DNA of 64,000 bases from Diplonema japonicum (lineage: Eukaryota > Protista > Euglenozoa: Diplonemea): contig OZ025754.1 of the NCBI GenBank assembly GCA_964019335.1, positions 186,001 through 250,000 on the forward strand. Direction: 5' to 3'. Of this stretch, positions 51,984-63,087 are shown one piece after another. Every line of letters begins with the position of its first letter. Position 1 is the first letter of the stretch. Below the pieces are notes generated by a model, which was given only the letters and a program-made list of their open reading frames with translations, had not been told where the DNA came from and searched no databases. A program made the position numbers and the translations under genes.

Positions 51984-54842
51984 CTACCCTTCGTTCTCGG
52001 TATCTTGCATGGATAATTCGATGGCTTTACGCAATGCAGCCTCCTCGTCCTCGTCCTCGTCGGGGTCTTGCCTGGCGGGGGTCATTGTCGCGTCTCCGTC
52101 CTTTGCGTCCTCCGCCATGGACACCCGGATAGCCTCTGCAAGCTCAGCGCTCATGTCCTCATCCTCCTCTGCATCTACCATCATGGACATCTTGATGGCT
52201 TCATCAAGCTCAGAGACTTCCTCGGGTTCCTCGGGGTCTGCCTGTGCCATGATGTCCTCAGAGGGTGGGGGGTAGCTAGTGCTAGCGGGGATGGGTATGA
52301 TCTCGTGAAGGGTGTCCGTCAACGGAGGGTCAGCAAAACCTGCCATCTCGGGAGGGTGTAGCTGGGAGGCAAACCCGTACCTTGCACCTATGTTGAGGGA
52401 CAGGGCGAGGCACAGCTGCCTGCTGTTCGGCGGCAGATTCGTGATCGCCGTGAAGCTGTTGTTAAACCTTGTTGACGTGCAGCAAGCTGCGTCCACCTCG
52501 TACTGCACGACAGCAGCCTTCTGCGATGTGTTCTCCAGTACACACGAGAGCCCCGCACCCTTCTCCTGCAGCGTGCGAACCACAACACCGGGCGACAAGA
52601 CTTGCCGCTTACCTTTTATGCCCGTTACCAGCACCTCAGCATGTTCCCGCCAGCTGCCCTTCACCTCTTCCACGAGCACTCGCTTCTCTGAATAGATCGC
52701 TGCCGTAACCTTTCGCAGCCGCTTCTTGTCTGTCGCAGCCTGCATGAGCCCTACCGTGTGCGGGGTCACCTTGTACCGGTACCCTGCATGGAACACGATT
52801 TCCAAGCTTACCTGGTCGGAGATCTGCCGTTGCGCGTATTCCATGGCCACCCACTCCCCGCTTGCTGTCTGTCTCGAAACGGCGAACCCGATGTCCACGT
52901 TAGAGGTCACCGCCTTCAGAGAGGTTTCACGGGTGACGTGTTTTTCCTGCCACAGGATGACGTCTGCAAGGGTGCGGGTGTAGGCTGTGATGATAAAGGA
53001 CGAGCCTGGTGAGAGCTCTGAGGGCAGCCAGCCTGTGGAGGTGGCGTGGTGCCACTTAGTGGGGTGGACTCTGCACACGTCGATGGATGCGAAGTATTTC
53101 CGCACGTCTGCGAAGTCCATCCAGAAGATCGACATCTCGTCGTACATCTTGACGTTCGAGCTGTTCACCACACCGAGCTGCAGCTTCAGGTCGCGGTTCC
53201 ATCCCGACCAGTCCTTGCCCCATGTGCCGGACCAGGTTCGGGGGGCGCGCTCGCCCCACGGGTTTCTGCACTGAACCATTCTGTGCACTTTGCCGTTCAC
53301 AGTGATCTCCTTAAGCTGCAGAACTCCATATGCATGCGGTGTCTGCAGGCCAAGCACCTCAACAAAGGTCTCGCGAGTCGAGCCGCAGGCTTCTGCAGAG
53401 CACGCCATCCCCATGATGTACCCTGCCTCGGACGCCGACAGCAGCTTCGACCACATCATGTCGTCGTCTGTCTCATCGTCGTCGTCATCAGACAGCTCGC
53501 CCAGCTCCACGTCCGGGTCCTTGCCCTGCATCAGGAGCTGCATCCTGTACGTCATGATCTTGTCGCGCCGTTCTTTCTTGCGCTGCTTTGTCTCTTCAGA
53601 TATATGCATTGGCATGGTTTCGCAGGCGTACCCCGTCAGCAGCTGCAGTGCCTCGCCCATGGTCCCCCCCGAGAGCGCGCCGTACGACCCGAACAGCTTG
53701 GCACAAGCCTTTTCAACGAGGGGTGCCCACAGCGATTGCCGGCTGGTCTTTGCATAGCAGGGCAGCCCGCCACGTGCGTACCACACTGTGCTGCCGTCGA
53801 TCTTCCCTTCCCACTGTTTCGTGCAAGGGAACGTGTCGTCGATCATCATGTTGCGCCAGGACCCCGAGTGGTGCAGCTGCACAAGGTACGCCCCCACAGG
53901 GTTGTACTCCTTGGTGAGCATGAGCTTCTCGATGAGCTGGGGCTTCGCTGCGACGCATGACAACGCACCGCCGAACCAGCAGTTCCCCAAGGCGCCTTGG
54001 TAGACGTCCTCGGGCCGTGCAGCCTCGCGGATGACCTTCCACGTCATGCCTGTTGTGTTGTTGGTGACGTCGTCTCGAAGGTAGTGCGTGCAGTTCCGTG
54101 AGGCGAGGGACTTCACGTCGTTGACGCCTTGCATGGAGAACATGAACTCGCACTCTTTGCACGTCACGCCGGGGCGGAGCCATATGCTAGGGCGGTTCAC
54201 TATGTTGACCTTCTGAACATGTGTGGGACGGCAGGGGCAGACAGAACACTTCATTGACTCGACAGCGTTGTTTTGCTGTGCGGCTTCCTCGCGGGACGTG
54301 GGCGGGGCAGGCACGTCGGGGAGGGGGTTGGCGTGCCCACATGAGGAGCACAGCCAGCGTGTGGCATCGTTGGGGTCTTGGTAGATGCTCTTCGGGACAG
54401 GCGGGAACTGGGGATCGACATAAGGGTTCTCCGCCGAGTGGTACTGGTTGATGAGGTCCAGGGTGTCGCCGTCGATGTTGATGTTGTCGGAGTTAAAGCG
54501 CTCGAACTCCACCTCCTTCAGCTCGTCCTTGCCCCCTTGCCCTTCCTCTTCTTCCATAGACATCTGGATCGCCTTTGCGATCTCTTCGTCGTCCTCTGTC
54601 ATGTCCTTTTCCACTGGTTCCTCCACCACCTCCCATGCACTATCGACACCACCCACCATCACCACCACCTTGTCACCTAGCGGCGGGTCCTCTTTCCTCA
54701 CCACCTTCCCGTTCGCGATCAACTTCTTTCCCTCGAAGTCGATGCCTGCTTTCTCCATGGCTTTTCGGAGGGCCCACAGGCCTCCATCCTTCATTTCCAG
54801 TACATGAGACTGCTTCCCAGTCTTTACCTTCACCGTTATCAT
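51984..54842 (-). CDS. Calpain-family cysteine protease (SOL/CAPN15-like core) with N-terminal UBL, Zn-finger insert and UIMs
   Basis: Catalytic triad motifs QGALGNCWF, PHAYGV and RNPWG are intact. UBL-like N-terminus (MITVKVKTGK...KKLIANGK). UIM-like EEIAKAIQMSM, ELDEAIKMSM, ELAEAIRVSM and ALRKAIELSM. Confidence 0.88.
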   Translation of the reverse strand: MITVKVKTGKQSHVLEMKDGGLWALRKAMEKAGIDFEGKKLIANGKVVRKEDPPLGDKVVVMVGGVDSAWEVVEEPVEKDMTEDDEEIAKAIQMSMEEEEGQGGKDELKEVEFERFNSDNINIDGDTLDLINQYHSAENPYVDPQFPPVPKSIYQDPNDATRWLCSSCGHANPLPDVPAPPTSREEAAQQNNAVESMKCSVCPCRPTHVQKVNIVNRPSIWLRPGVTCKECEFMFSMQGVNDVKSLASRNCTHYLRDDVTNNTTGMTWKVIREAARPEDVYQGALGNCWFGGALSCVAAKPQLIEKLMLTKEYNPVGAYLVQLHHSGSWRNMMIDDTFPCTKQWEGKIDGSTVWYARGGLPCYAKTSRQSLWAPLVEKACAKLFGSYGALSGGTMGEALQLLTGYACETMPMHISEETKQRKKERRDKIMTYRMQLLMQGKDPDVELGELSDDDDDETDDDMMWSKLLSASEAGYIMGMACSAEACGSTRETFVEVLGLQTPHAYGVLQLKEITVNGKVHRMVQCRNPWGERAPRTWSGTWGKDWSGWNRDLKLQLGVVNSSNVKMYDEMSIFWMDFADVRKYFASIDVCRVHPTKWHHATSTGWLPSELSPGSSFIITAYTRTLADVILWQEKHVTRETSLKAVTSNVDIGFAVSRQTASGEWVAMEYAQRQISDQVSLEIVFHAGYRYKVTPHTVGLMQAATDKKRLRKVTAAIYSEKRVLVEEVKGSWREHAEVLVTGIKGKRQVLSPGVVVRTLQEKGAGLSCVLENTSQKAAVVQYEVDAACCTSTRFNNSFTAITNLPPNSRQLCLALSLNIGARYGFASQLHPPEMAGFADPPLTDTLHEIIPIPASTSYPPPSEDIMAQADPEEPEEVSELDEAIKMSMMVDAEEDEDMSAELAEAIRVSMAEDAKDGDATMTPARQDPDEDEDEEAALRKAIELSMQDTENEG

Positions 54843-55588
54843 AAAAGATTTTTTTTGGGGGGGGGGAACGGGGGTGTGTCTCGTCTGTGATGGTGGAATG
54901 AAAAAATAGTAATATCGAGAATAGATGGGTTTTTCACGAACAAAAAAAAGGGGGAGGGGGTTGGAGGTGACAGGGGGGGGGGGGGGTTACAGGGAAAAAC
55001 AAAAGAGGGTTTAACGATGGTGGCATTGTGTTTTAGATTTTCAGGGGGAAGGGGAGGAAGGGAAGAGAGGGCAATCATGCGTCCAAGATTGGGAATCAGA
55101 CAATTTAAGACGTAGTTTTGTTTTTTCCTTTTTTTTTTTTTTTTTTTTCTCTCTTTGCATGAAGGGGGGATGAGCCGAAAAAGGTGGGTGGGGCGGGGGG
55201 GGAAGACAGAAGACAGGAGGGGGAAAAAAAAATACGTTTGTCAGAAGAAGAAGAAAAACACTTTCGGTGGCCCCTCTCTCCCCAAGATATCAAAAATAAA
55301 AGAAATCGAAAAAATAAAAAATAAAAACCATTCATTAACTTTCAACTTTTCTCCCCCGTTTTTTTTTTTTTTTTTTCCCAATTGTTGGCATTTATTAATC
55401 TCATATTCTCACCTCAATGCCCGGAGTATAAATAAAAAAAAAATCTCGCAAAAACAAAAAAAAAAAAAAAAAAAAACAAAAACAAAAAAAAAAAGAGCTA
55501 AGGGGGTGATATTGGGGGAAAAGAAGGGAGGGGGGGAAAAGACACTGTAAAAAAAAAAAAAAAAAAAACAAAAAAAAAAAAAAAAATC

Positions 55589-58500
55589 CTATTGCTGCTT
55601 GGAGGCCCTGCGCTGCACGGGTTTGGAAACAGGTTTCTTGGCAGCTGCCTTGGCGGAATCAGGGACAGAAGGACGCTTGGCGGGGGTCCTGGTGGCAGGA
55701 GGGGGGGAGGTGGCCCCGGGGGAGGTGGAACGTGCGGGGCTAACCTTCCCCGCTGCCTTCTTGGCGACAGGCTTCTTGGCAGGGGTGGATTTCGTCGAGG
55801 CATCCAGAGGCACGTCATGCCCTGCAGCCTTCCTCGCAGCCTTGAGCTGGGAACGCTTGTCTCTGTCGCCACCAGACTTCGCCGTCTTCTTCTCCGTCGC
55901 TTCAGTCACTTCGCTCTCCTCATCATCGTTGGCACCGAAGTTCGCCTTGGCAACCACATCTGACCTGCTCTCCATCAGCCTTTGCACAATGGACATCAGC
56001 CAGTTCTGGTTCTTGAGAGCCTCTTCCTTGCCATCCATCGGGGCTTTCTTCCACTTGGGTTCCAAGGTCGCATATTGGTCCATTGCGATGATCATGTACT
56101 TCAGCCCAAGATGAGCCTGCTTGAACAGCTTCGGTTCCATGTTCTTGATAGTGTCGGCGGGCAACAACCACTGCTGGCCGGCCTGGGGCAGGCGCTCCTG
56201 GTCCTCGTCGGTGCCGTGCCTGCGGATCTGCTCGGTGTGGGAGTCGCGCACTTTTGTGAGCCCGTTCGAGAACAGCTTCTGCGGGGAGTGGTTTGAAACA
56301 GCGTCCTTCTTCGCGCTCTTCTTGAACTCGGCGAACTTCCCTGTGATCTCCTTGCACTGGTTGATGGTGTCCATGTCGTACCTGCAACTGCACCCGTGGG
56401 CCTTAAGGTGCACCAGCAGGTCGTTCAGCTGCTCCTCTTGAGACTTCGAGCTGTCCACGGTGAAGGTGGACAGCAGTTCGTTCTTCAGACGGCTGTTCTC
56501 GGCAGTCAGGTCGTCGAGCTCCTTCTCGAGCTGGTAGATCTCGCGCTCGATGCCCTCCATCTCGGAGGTCACCTTCTTCTTCTCTTCCTCGATCATTTCG
56601 TCTGTGAAGGAACGGGACTCCGTCAGGAGCCTCTCGAGCTCCTTGATCTTCTCGTCGAGCTCCTGGATCTTGGCGTCCAGCTGGTCGGCCTTCTTCTTAG
56701 CAAGCCACTCGATGCACTTCTTCTTGTACGCCCTCCTAAGCCCGTTGTTGGACGACTCCATCAGCATCTGCGCCACGTCTGCCTTCCTCTGCGCGTTTTT
56801 CTTCTTCGTTACCCACCTTACTGCCTTTTGCAGGTACAGCAGCCTCAGACCGTTGTCGGAGGTTGATTTCAGAGCCCTCGCCACTTCTTCCTTCTTCGCC
56901 ACGATCTTCTCCTTCCTGTAGAAGTCGATGAGCTTCTGGTAGTAGATCGTGAGGAGACCCTTCCTTGAGTGCGCGAGCATCCCCGTGGCGATGGTCTCCC
57001 TCTTCTTGTTCTGGAGGCACTTGAAGTACCACCTGATGCACTTTGTGTGGTAGACGCCCCTCAGCCCCTTGGCGGTGTTCGAGAACATGACATTGGCGAG
57101 GTCCTGTCTCTTGTTCTCCCCGTCGATGCGGTTCGTGTACTCGAGCAGCTTCCTGTAGTACACCACCTGCATGCCCTTCTTGGTGTTGCTTAGAATGGTC
57201 TCAGCGAACTTCAACCTCCTGGTCCTCTCTCTCTCAACGCTGGCGAACTTTCGCAGCTTTTTGAAGTAGATCTTCACGAACCCCTGTGTGGTGGTGGCGT
57301 ACAGGGTGTCGGCAAGAGCCTTGCGCCTGGAGTAGGCTTGGTGGGAGGAGAGCCACTCCATGAGCTTCAAGAAGTAGTGGGTCTTCAGCGTGACGAGCGA
57401 GGCGTCTGAGAGGGCCTTGATGATCCTCTTCTTCCTGTCCTTGTCAATCTTCTCGAGCTTGTCGCTCAGAGTCGCCTTGCGCTGCATCTCGCTGGAGTTG
57501 TCCAACATCTTCCTCCTCATGGCGGTGATGAGCTCGATGAGTTCCTGCTCCCTGGCCGTGAAGCCCTCGTCGTGGTTCCAGTCGGTCTCGGAAGACGCGG
57601 AGTCGGACTCCGTGTACAGCAGCTTCACCAGTCCCTCCGAAAGATGCCACGACACGTGCCCGTCGGCAGCACCTTGCACAGCGCTCATGTTGTTCACGAA
57701 GGCACCACGGTGCTCGTTCAGCTCGCACACCTGCCAGTGGTCGGAACCGTCGGTAGGGCCGCCTGCCCTCCACACCCTGATGACACCGTCCACACCACCG
57801 GACCACACAGTGTTGTTGGCAACAACCAAGCACAACTGAGCCAGCGGCTGTGTGTGCTGCGACTTGGGAACCGCCGGGAACAGGGTGGTGATGGGGGTAC
57901 CCTCGCTGGAGTCCCACACTTGCACAAGGCCGTCGGCGGTCGCGGAGAACAGGTGCGACTTGTACGCAGCAAGGGCACGGACAGAGCCCCTCATGGTGAT
58001 GGGGAAACCAGCACGAGTTGCCCTCTCTTTCCCCGCCTTGATGTCGAGGCACCTGATGGTGTTGTCGTCACCACCGGAGTACAAGAACCCGCCGTACTTG
58101 CCGAGCTCGTCACGCTTGTGGTACGACATGCAGCGCACGGCGTTCTGGTGGCCGGGGAAGATGTCCATGGCACGGAAGACGGTGCGGGTGTAATCCCAGC
58201 CCCAGACGTAGATCTGCCAATCTCTGCCACCAGAGAAGATCAGGTCCTGAGACTGGTGGGTGTCCGTGACGACCTCAAGGCAGGTGATGGCACCGGTGTG
58301 CTTCCTGACCTCACTGACAAGCTCGAAGTCTGCCTCGCCGGACTTGTTGACGGTCTTCACGGTGAGGGCGCAGTCGATGCCCTCACAGTTAGAACGGACG
58401 TCGTCTGAGGTCCTCGTGGGCTGGCCTTGGACGTGGGTGACCCTCATGCCCTCGGCGAAGCCAGCAAGGTCGGCGGCAGAGCCAGGCTTGACCTTTGCGA

Positions 58501-58927
58501 TGACGTTGGTGTCACCGTCGAAGATGAGCGGGCAGCGGCCAGCGTCACATGTGATGAGAAGGACAGCATCCGCCACCTCCCTGTACACCCTGATGTACCC
58601 GTCACTCATACCGGAGTACATGCAGTTGTCGTGGTAAAGCAGTGCGGACACGAACACGCCCTTCTTCTTCTCAAGGGTGCAGGTGGCCTCGCCGGTGGTA
58701 GCCTTCCTCACCGTGAGGTAGCCGTCCTGCTCTGCGGTCCACACCCTCAGCTTGTCCAGAGGCTGCCTCCCGTCGAACATTTCCAGGCACCTGATCTTGC
58801 TCTCGAACTGCCCCTGGTTCACAATGCCTGCCTTCTCCGGCTGGACGAGCCCAAACCTCTTCCTCGACGGAGAGTGGTGCGACTGCTGCATCACCTTCAC
58901 ATCGGTCACCTGCGAGAGGTACGCCAT
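55589..58927 (-). CDS. WD40-repeat protein with PDZ-like insert and long helical/coiled-coil C-terminus (probably cytoskeletal or flagellar)
   Basis: WD repeats (SGGRDWQIYVW, SGGDDNTIRCLD, SATADGLVQVWD, SGGVDGVIRVW), PDZ-like VIAKVKPGSAADLAGFAEGMRVTHVQG, and ~38-aa GL..YY.K helical repeats. Confidence 0.85.
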   Translation of the reverse strand: MAYLSQVTDVKVMQQSHHSPSRKRFGLVQPEKAGIVNQGQFESKIRCLEMFDGRQPLDKLRVWTAEQDGYLTVRKATTGEATCTLEKKKGVFVSALLYHDNCMYSGMSDGYIRVYREVADAVLLITCDAGRCPLIFDGDTNVIAKVKPGSAADLAGFAEGMRVTHVQGQPTRTSDDVRSNCEGIDCALTVKTVNKSGEADFELVSEVRKHTGAITCLEVVTDTHQSQDLIFSGGRDWQIYVWGWDYTRTVFRAMDIFPGHQNAVRCMSYHKRDELGKYGGFLYSGGDDNTIRCLDIKAGKERATRAGFPITMRGSVRALAAYKSHLFSATADGLVQVWDSSEGTPITTLFPAVPKSQHTQPLAQLCLVVANNTVWSGGVDGVIRVWRAGGPTDGSDHWQVCELNEHRGAFVNNMSAVQGAADGHVSWHLSEGLVKLLYTESDSASSETDWNHDEGFTAREQELIELITAMRRKMLDNSSEMQRKATLSDKLEKIDKDRKKRIIKALSDASLVTLKTHYFLKLMEWLSSHQAYSRRKALADTLYATTTQGFVKIYFKKLRKFASVERERTRRLKFAETILSNTKKGMQVVYYRKLLEYTNRIDGENKRQDLANVMFSNTAKGLRGVYHTKCIRWYFKCLQNKKRETIATGMLAHSRKGLLTIYYQKLIDFYRKEKIVAKKEEVARALKSTSDNGLRLLYLQKAVRWVTKKKNAQRKADVAQMLMESSNNGLRRAYKKKCIEWLAKKKADQLDAKIQELDEKIKELERLLTESRSFTDEMIEEEKKKVTSEMEGIEREIYQLEKELDDLTAENSRLKNELLSTFTVDSSKSQEEQLNDLLVHLKAHGCSCRYDMDTINQCKEITGKFAEFKKSAKKDAVSNHSPQKLFSNGLTKVRDSHTEQIRRHGTDEDQERLPQAGQQWLLPADTIKNMEPKLFKQAHLGLKYMIIAMDQYATLEPKWKKAPMDGKEEALKNQNWLMSIVQRLMESRSDVVAKANFGANDDEESEVTEATEKKTAKSGGDRDKRSQLKAARKAAGHDVPLDASTKSTPAKKPVAKKAAGKVSPARSTSPGATSPPPATRTPAKRPSVPDSAKAAAKKPVSKPVQRRASKQQ

Positions 58928-59551
58928 GTTGATTTCCTAGCTCTCTGTTGGTGTGCAGGGTGGATGGGGTGAAGCAAAAATAAAATAAATAAAGGTGGAT
59001 TCGTGGTAAAAGAAAAAAGAGTAGGGTGAAATGGGGGGGGGGGGGGGGGGAGACAAAATCTACTAAGATTGGGCACCTAAAGATACCTTTTTCAAAGAAA
59101 AAAAAAAGGGGGGAAAGGGAAAAAGGGGAATCTAACCTAATTACCGATTATGAAAAAAAAACGAAAGGAAGTGTTTTCTATCCCCCCCCCCCGCCCCCCA
59201 CATGAACAGAACACGTGCATGCATGAATGGACCAATGAGATTCCTTCTGTCCCTACCTACTATCTGGCGAGTCAAGGGAACGGACTTGAAACTGTCAGCG
59301 GGGAAAGAAGACCCTCCAAAAAAAACTTTAAAAAAAGGTCGTCTCCTTGAAACAAATTATGATAGCCAGTCCTCCAATCCCCCCCCCCCCCCCCCCGTTT
59401 AAATCAAAGCAAGTAGGTTAGGCCTAGAGGCCCTGCCTATTTCTTCTTCTCGCTCTTTTCTTCACGTTGCCTCTTTCTTTCTGCGGCGAGGGAGAAGAAA
59501 AAAAAAGAAACAAAGATGCTAAATATGTGGTTGGGGGGGAGGGGGAACTGA

Positions 59552-59604
<53 letters not shown>

Positions 59605-59698
59605 AAAAAGAAAACACAAAAATCAAGGGGAGAAACCGTGAGAGTACAATAAATGGTGGGGGAGGGGAGGGGATACAACAAAACAAAACAAAGCCACA

Positions 59699-61663
59699 TC
59701 ACGCAGTGCTGCCCACGGGGCCCGTGACGTCGGTGATGAAAAAATTACTCGGGTGGTGGACCTTGTCGGCGTCAGTGGGAGCAGAGCGCGCAAGGGACAT
59801 GACAAGCCCGGGTGTGCGCTTTGGTGAGGCGGTGAGGATAGCTGGAGTAGGGACGGTAGCGGTAGTAGCAGCGGAAGAAGGCGGCGAAGGAGAGGGAGAT
59901 ACCGAAGCAGTCGCTGCCCTATGAGGTACGACCGGTGGAACGTGGATGTGTGACACGGCCTGCGAAACAGCAGGCTTTGGAGGCAGGCCTCCACCTCCAT
60001 ACTGCCTTACCCCTGCCGACCCCACCCCACTGCTTACTCCCAGTGCCAGAGAAGACGAGAAGCGACTGCTTTTCGTGTGGTACTCGATGCATGCGTTTGC
60101 CTCTTTCAGTTTTTCCTGCAGCGTGTCCCTCTCAGCTGTGATGTTCTGCAGTTCCTTCTGCATCTCCAACCCTTCCCTCATTGCTTTGTTCAGTTCCTCC
60201 TTTCCTTGCCCCGAACTCGATTTGGCTTCGCCCAGCTCCCTCGTCCTCTCTGCGAGATCCTCCATCAGCCCCTCTCGTCTCTGCTTCGACTCCTTCAGCT
60301 TCGCGTGCATCGTCCGTATGACGTGGTGCGCCTTTTTAAGCTCATCATTCCGCTCCTCCAGCGTCTTCATTGTCGTCTCTGTCTGCACGCGCCACGACCC
60401 CATCTCCGCCTTCGCCGCCTCCAGGTTTTGCAACGTGTTTTTGTTGTTCTCCTTTTCAACGGCTTGCAGCTGTGTTAGACTCTTCACCTTCTCTTCCAGC
60501 TCGACCCCCTTCAGCATCTTCTGCTGTAGCTCCTTGTGGTCTGATTGCAGGTTGCTCTCCGTGTTCTCCAACTGCTCCTGAAGCCCCTCTGCTCTCTTCC
60601 TCGTTGTCTCCAAGTCCCTGGTCAATTCTGTGTTGGTTGCGCTTAAGTCTTTGTTCTTCAGCTCTGTTGCCTGCAGGCCTGTCTCTAGCTTTGCGGCCTG
60701 CTGCGTCTTATTTGCTAACTCGGCTTTCAGCTCCTCGACCTCTCGCGTGAACTTCTCGGTCAGCTCCCTGACCTGCGTCTCGTGCTTGTGCGTCAGTGTG
60801 TTGGTCTCCGTCACGTGGGACCTCAGCGTGTCCTGTTCCTTCTTCTCGTGCTCCAGCAATAGCTCGGATGTTGTTTTGGTATAGGTGGCCTCGTGGTGCT
60901 CTCTTTCGTGCCGCAGGGAGTTCGTCATCTCCGTCAGCGCGTCTGTGCGGTCCTCAAGGAGGCGCTTGGTGCTGTCGAGCTCTGCGGTGGTTGCGGTCAG
61001 CTCTCTGTCCAGCTTGGCAGCACGTGCAGCAAGGAACTGCTTCTGCCCTGCATCGCTCTCGTGCGTGACACTGAAACCCAGCACCTCACTGTCTCGGTAC
61101 TTGTCGGACTTGCAGAAGGAGAACCGTCCTGTCGGCTGCGAGGGTGACACGCTAATGGCGAGCCTGCAGGACCTGGAGAAGACACCATCAGACACGTCGT
61201 CAATGGTGACGAGGGTCTTGCTCGAAATAGGTTGATGCTGCCTCTCGCGGAGAAGGTTCACAAGCACAGAAGGAAGCTTCACGAAGTCAAAGCGCAGCCC
61301 GTTCGTCTCCCTGAACAGCGAGTAGTCGTCCTCAGTTATGGTGGCCGTGTACAGTAAGAAGGGGTCTGAAGGCGACGTCACACGCACGTGCACCTGGCGC
61401 TTCACGCTCTGCGTGCTTGCCGGCGGGGGTGCCTGTGTCGTGGGGACCGACATCGTCTCCACTGCTACAAGAGGGAAGCTCCCACCAGCCATCACAGCCA
61501 CCACAAACACTTCAGTGTTTCCCTCCTTCCCTTCCCGCTGCACGACCACAGGCACCTGTCCCTCGAACAGCGTCGACACGTCATCGCCGTTCAGAGCCAC
61601 GGGCACCCTCTCTGGCTCGCGGTCCCGTCTCCCACTGCACTGCTCCGTCTGCTGATACCACAT
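59699..61663 (-). CDS. SAS6: Centriole/basal-body cartwheel protein SAS-6
   Basis: PISA-like motif RVTSPSDPFLLYTATITEDDYSLFRETNGLRFDFVKLPSVLVNLL and ESDAGQKQFLA, then a long coiled coil and disordered tail. Confidence 0.85.
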   Translation of the reverse strand: MWYQQTEQCSGRRDREPERVPVALNGDDVSTLFEGQVPVVVQREGKEGNTEVFVVAVMAGGSFPLVAVETMSVPTTQAPPPASTQSVKRQVHVRVTSPSDPFLLYTATITEDDYSLFRETNGLRFDFVKLPSVLVNLLRERQHQPISSKTLVTIDDVSDGVFSRSCRLAISVSPSQPTGRFSFCKSDKYRDSEVLGFSVTHESDAGQKQFLAARAAKLDRELTATTAELDSTKRLLEDRTDALTEMTNSLRHEREHHEATYTKTTSELLLEHEKKEQDTLRSHVTETNTLTHKHETQVRELTEKFTREVEELKAELANKTQQAAKLETGLQATELKNKDLSATNTELTRDLETTRKRAEGLQEQLENTESNLQSDHKELQQKMLKGVELEEKVKSLTQLQAVEKENNKNTLQNLEAAKAEMGSWRVQTETTMKTLEERNDELKKAHHVIRTMHAKLKESKQRREGLMEDLAERTRELGEAKSSSGQGKEELNKAMREGLEMQKELQNITAERDTLQEKLKEANACIEYHTKSSRFSSSLALGVSSGVGSAGVRQYGGGGLPPKPAVSQAVSHIHVPPVVPHRAATASVSPSPSPPSSAATTATVPTPAILTASPKRTPGLVMSLARSAPTDADKVHHPSNFFITDVTGPVGSTA

Positions 61664-61803
61664 GTTTCCACCTTGGTAGAGAAGTTGTCGGGGGGGGAAG
61701 GGTCACAAAAAGGAAACAATAAAAAAAAAGAAAAAAAAAACTGACTATTTTGTTTAGAAGAATAACGGTGTAAAAAAAAAAATTAAAAAAAAAAGAAAAA
61801 TAT

Positions 61804-63087
61804 CTAAAGAGGCTGCACAGGGTCGGGAACGGGTACCTTGCAAGGAGTGCCGAGGGATGAGAAGCATCGGGCTTGCACGGCAGCCCGCACTGCATCGCCA
61901 TATGGGTGCATGCGTGTGTCGGGGATGGTGGTCATGGTGTGCCAATCCAAGTAGACCTGTCTGGCTTGAGGTGCTGTGGGGGAGACCTCACGGCGGCGGC
62001 GGTGCGAGTCAAGTGTGAAATCACGTTGCTGCATATGCGCTACGAAGTACGACGGGCGGCAGCACGGAGAGGGGGCAACCTTCTTCATGTAAGTCCCCGC
62101 AAGAGCGTCCGACCTGCACCCGCAACACATGGGCAGCGTGTGCACAAAATGCGACCGCACCTTCACCGCAGGCTTCTTCACGCACCTTGCAAGCCCTGCC
62201 GCCTTTGAATTGCTGCAGAAGCTTCCTGAAAACCTTGTTTCCCTGAGGTACAACGTGCCGTTAGCGAAGCTGGTGGGAGGGGTTGCGCCGTACCCCATGT
62301 ACCTCACGCAAAGGGTGAGCTCGTCCTTGTGGCGGAGCTCAGCAGAAAGCATCTCCGGTATGGTTTTGTAGAGGCCGGGGAAGAGGTACTCGTCCAGATC
62401 GGTGTGCAGCACGATGTCAGAGTTGTTGAGCCGCTCGCGGAAGCAGCGCGCAATGGAACGCTTTTCAAAAGAAACGTGGTTCCCGCCTGCAGCCATCCAC
62501 TCTTCAGACATAACAGACTCGGTAGGCTCGACCCATACACGGTCTGGGGATATGGGTCGCAGGGCAGCCTCCAGCCGTGTTCTCTGCTCCTTGTTGATAG
62601 GGTATATGTTGATGCGTGCCACGCCCAGCAGCAGGTGGTACACCGCCCATTCCTTCACAAAGAACTCTTCATTGGCTGCGATAGTGCTGCACATAACTAC
62701 CACGGGAGTGTTCTCGATGCCTGCCTGTAAGCCGCCTCCTCCCACGTACCGCTCGCTGCCCCGTGTCCATGTCGTGTTTTTCGGTGGGCAAAACGGCAGC
62801 TCTGTCCACCTCCGTCCGAACTCGATGTAAGTGTCATAGTAACTACCCTTAAGCCGTTGTGCTGAAAGGGGGACGTTGCCTATCTTCTTGAAACAGCTAG
62901 CCTGGTCCTTCACCCCGATGTTGTTGAAACGCTGCGGCTGCGATGGCACGACAGAGGCCGCAGTGGGAACAGGAAGAGCGGGGGCTTCGTGTAAAGAACT
63001 GAAGCTCTCCGCCTCTTCCTCGTGGCAGTAGATCACCATGAAGAACAGAACCAGTCCAAACCCACACAGAAGCGCCTGCCGTAACAT
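61804..63087 (-). CDS. Type II membrane glycosyltransferase, GT92/GT2-like
   Basis: N-terminal TM segment; NEEFFVKEWAVYHLLLGV..INIY and HTDLDEYL motifs. Confidence 0.75.
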   Translation of the reverse strand: MLRQALLCGFGLVLFFMVIYCHEEEAESFSSLHEAPALPVPTAASVVPSQPQRFNNIGVKDQASCFKKIGNVPLSAQRLKGSYYDTYIEFGRRWTELPFCPPKNTTWTRGSERYVGGGGLQAGIENTPVVVMCSTIAANEEFFVKEWAVYHLLLGVARINIYPINKEQRTRLEAALRPISPDRVWVEPTESVMSEEWMAAGGNHVSFEKRSIARCFRERLNNSDIVLHTDLDEYLFPGLYKTIPEMLSAELRHKDELTLCVRYMGYGATPPTSFANGTLYLRETRFSGSFCSNSKAAGLARCVKKPAVKVRSHFVHTLPMCCGCRSDALAGTYMKKVAPSPCCRPSYFVAHMQQRDFTLDSHRRRREVSPTAPQARQVYLDWHTMTTIPDTRMHPYGDAVRAAVQARCFSSLGTPCKVPVPDPVQPL

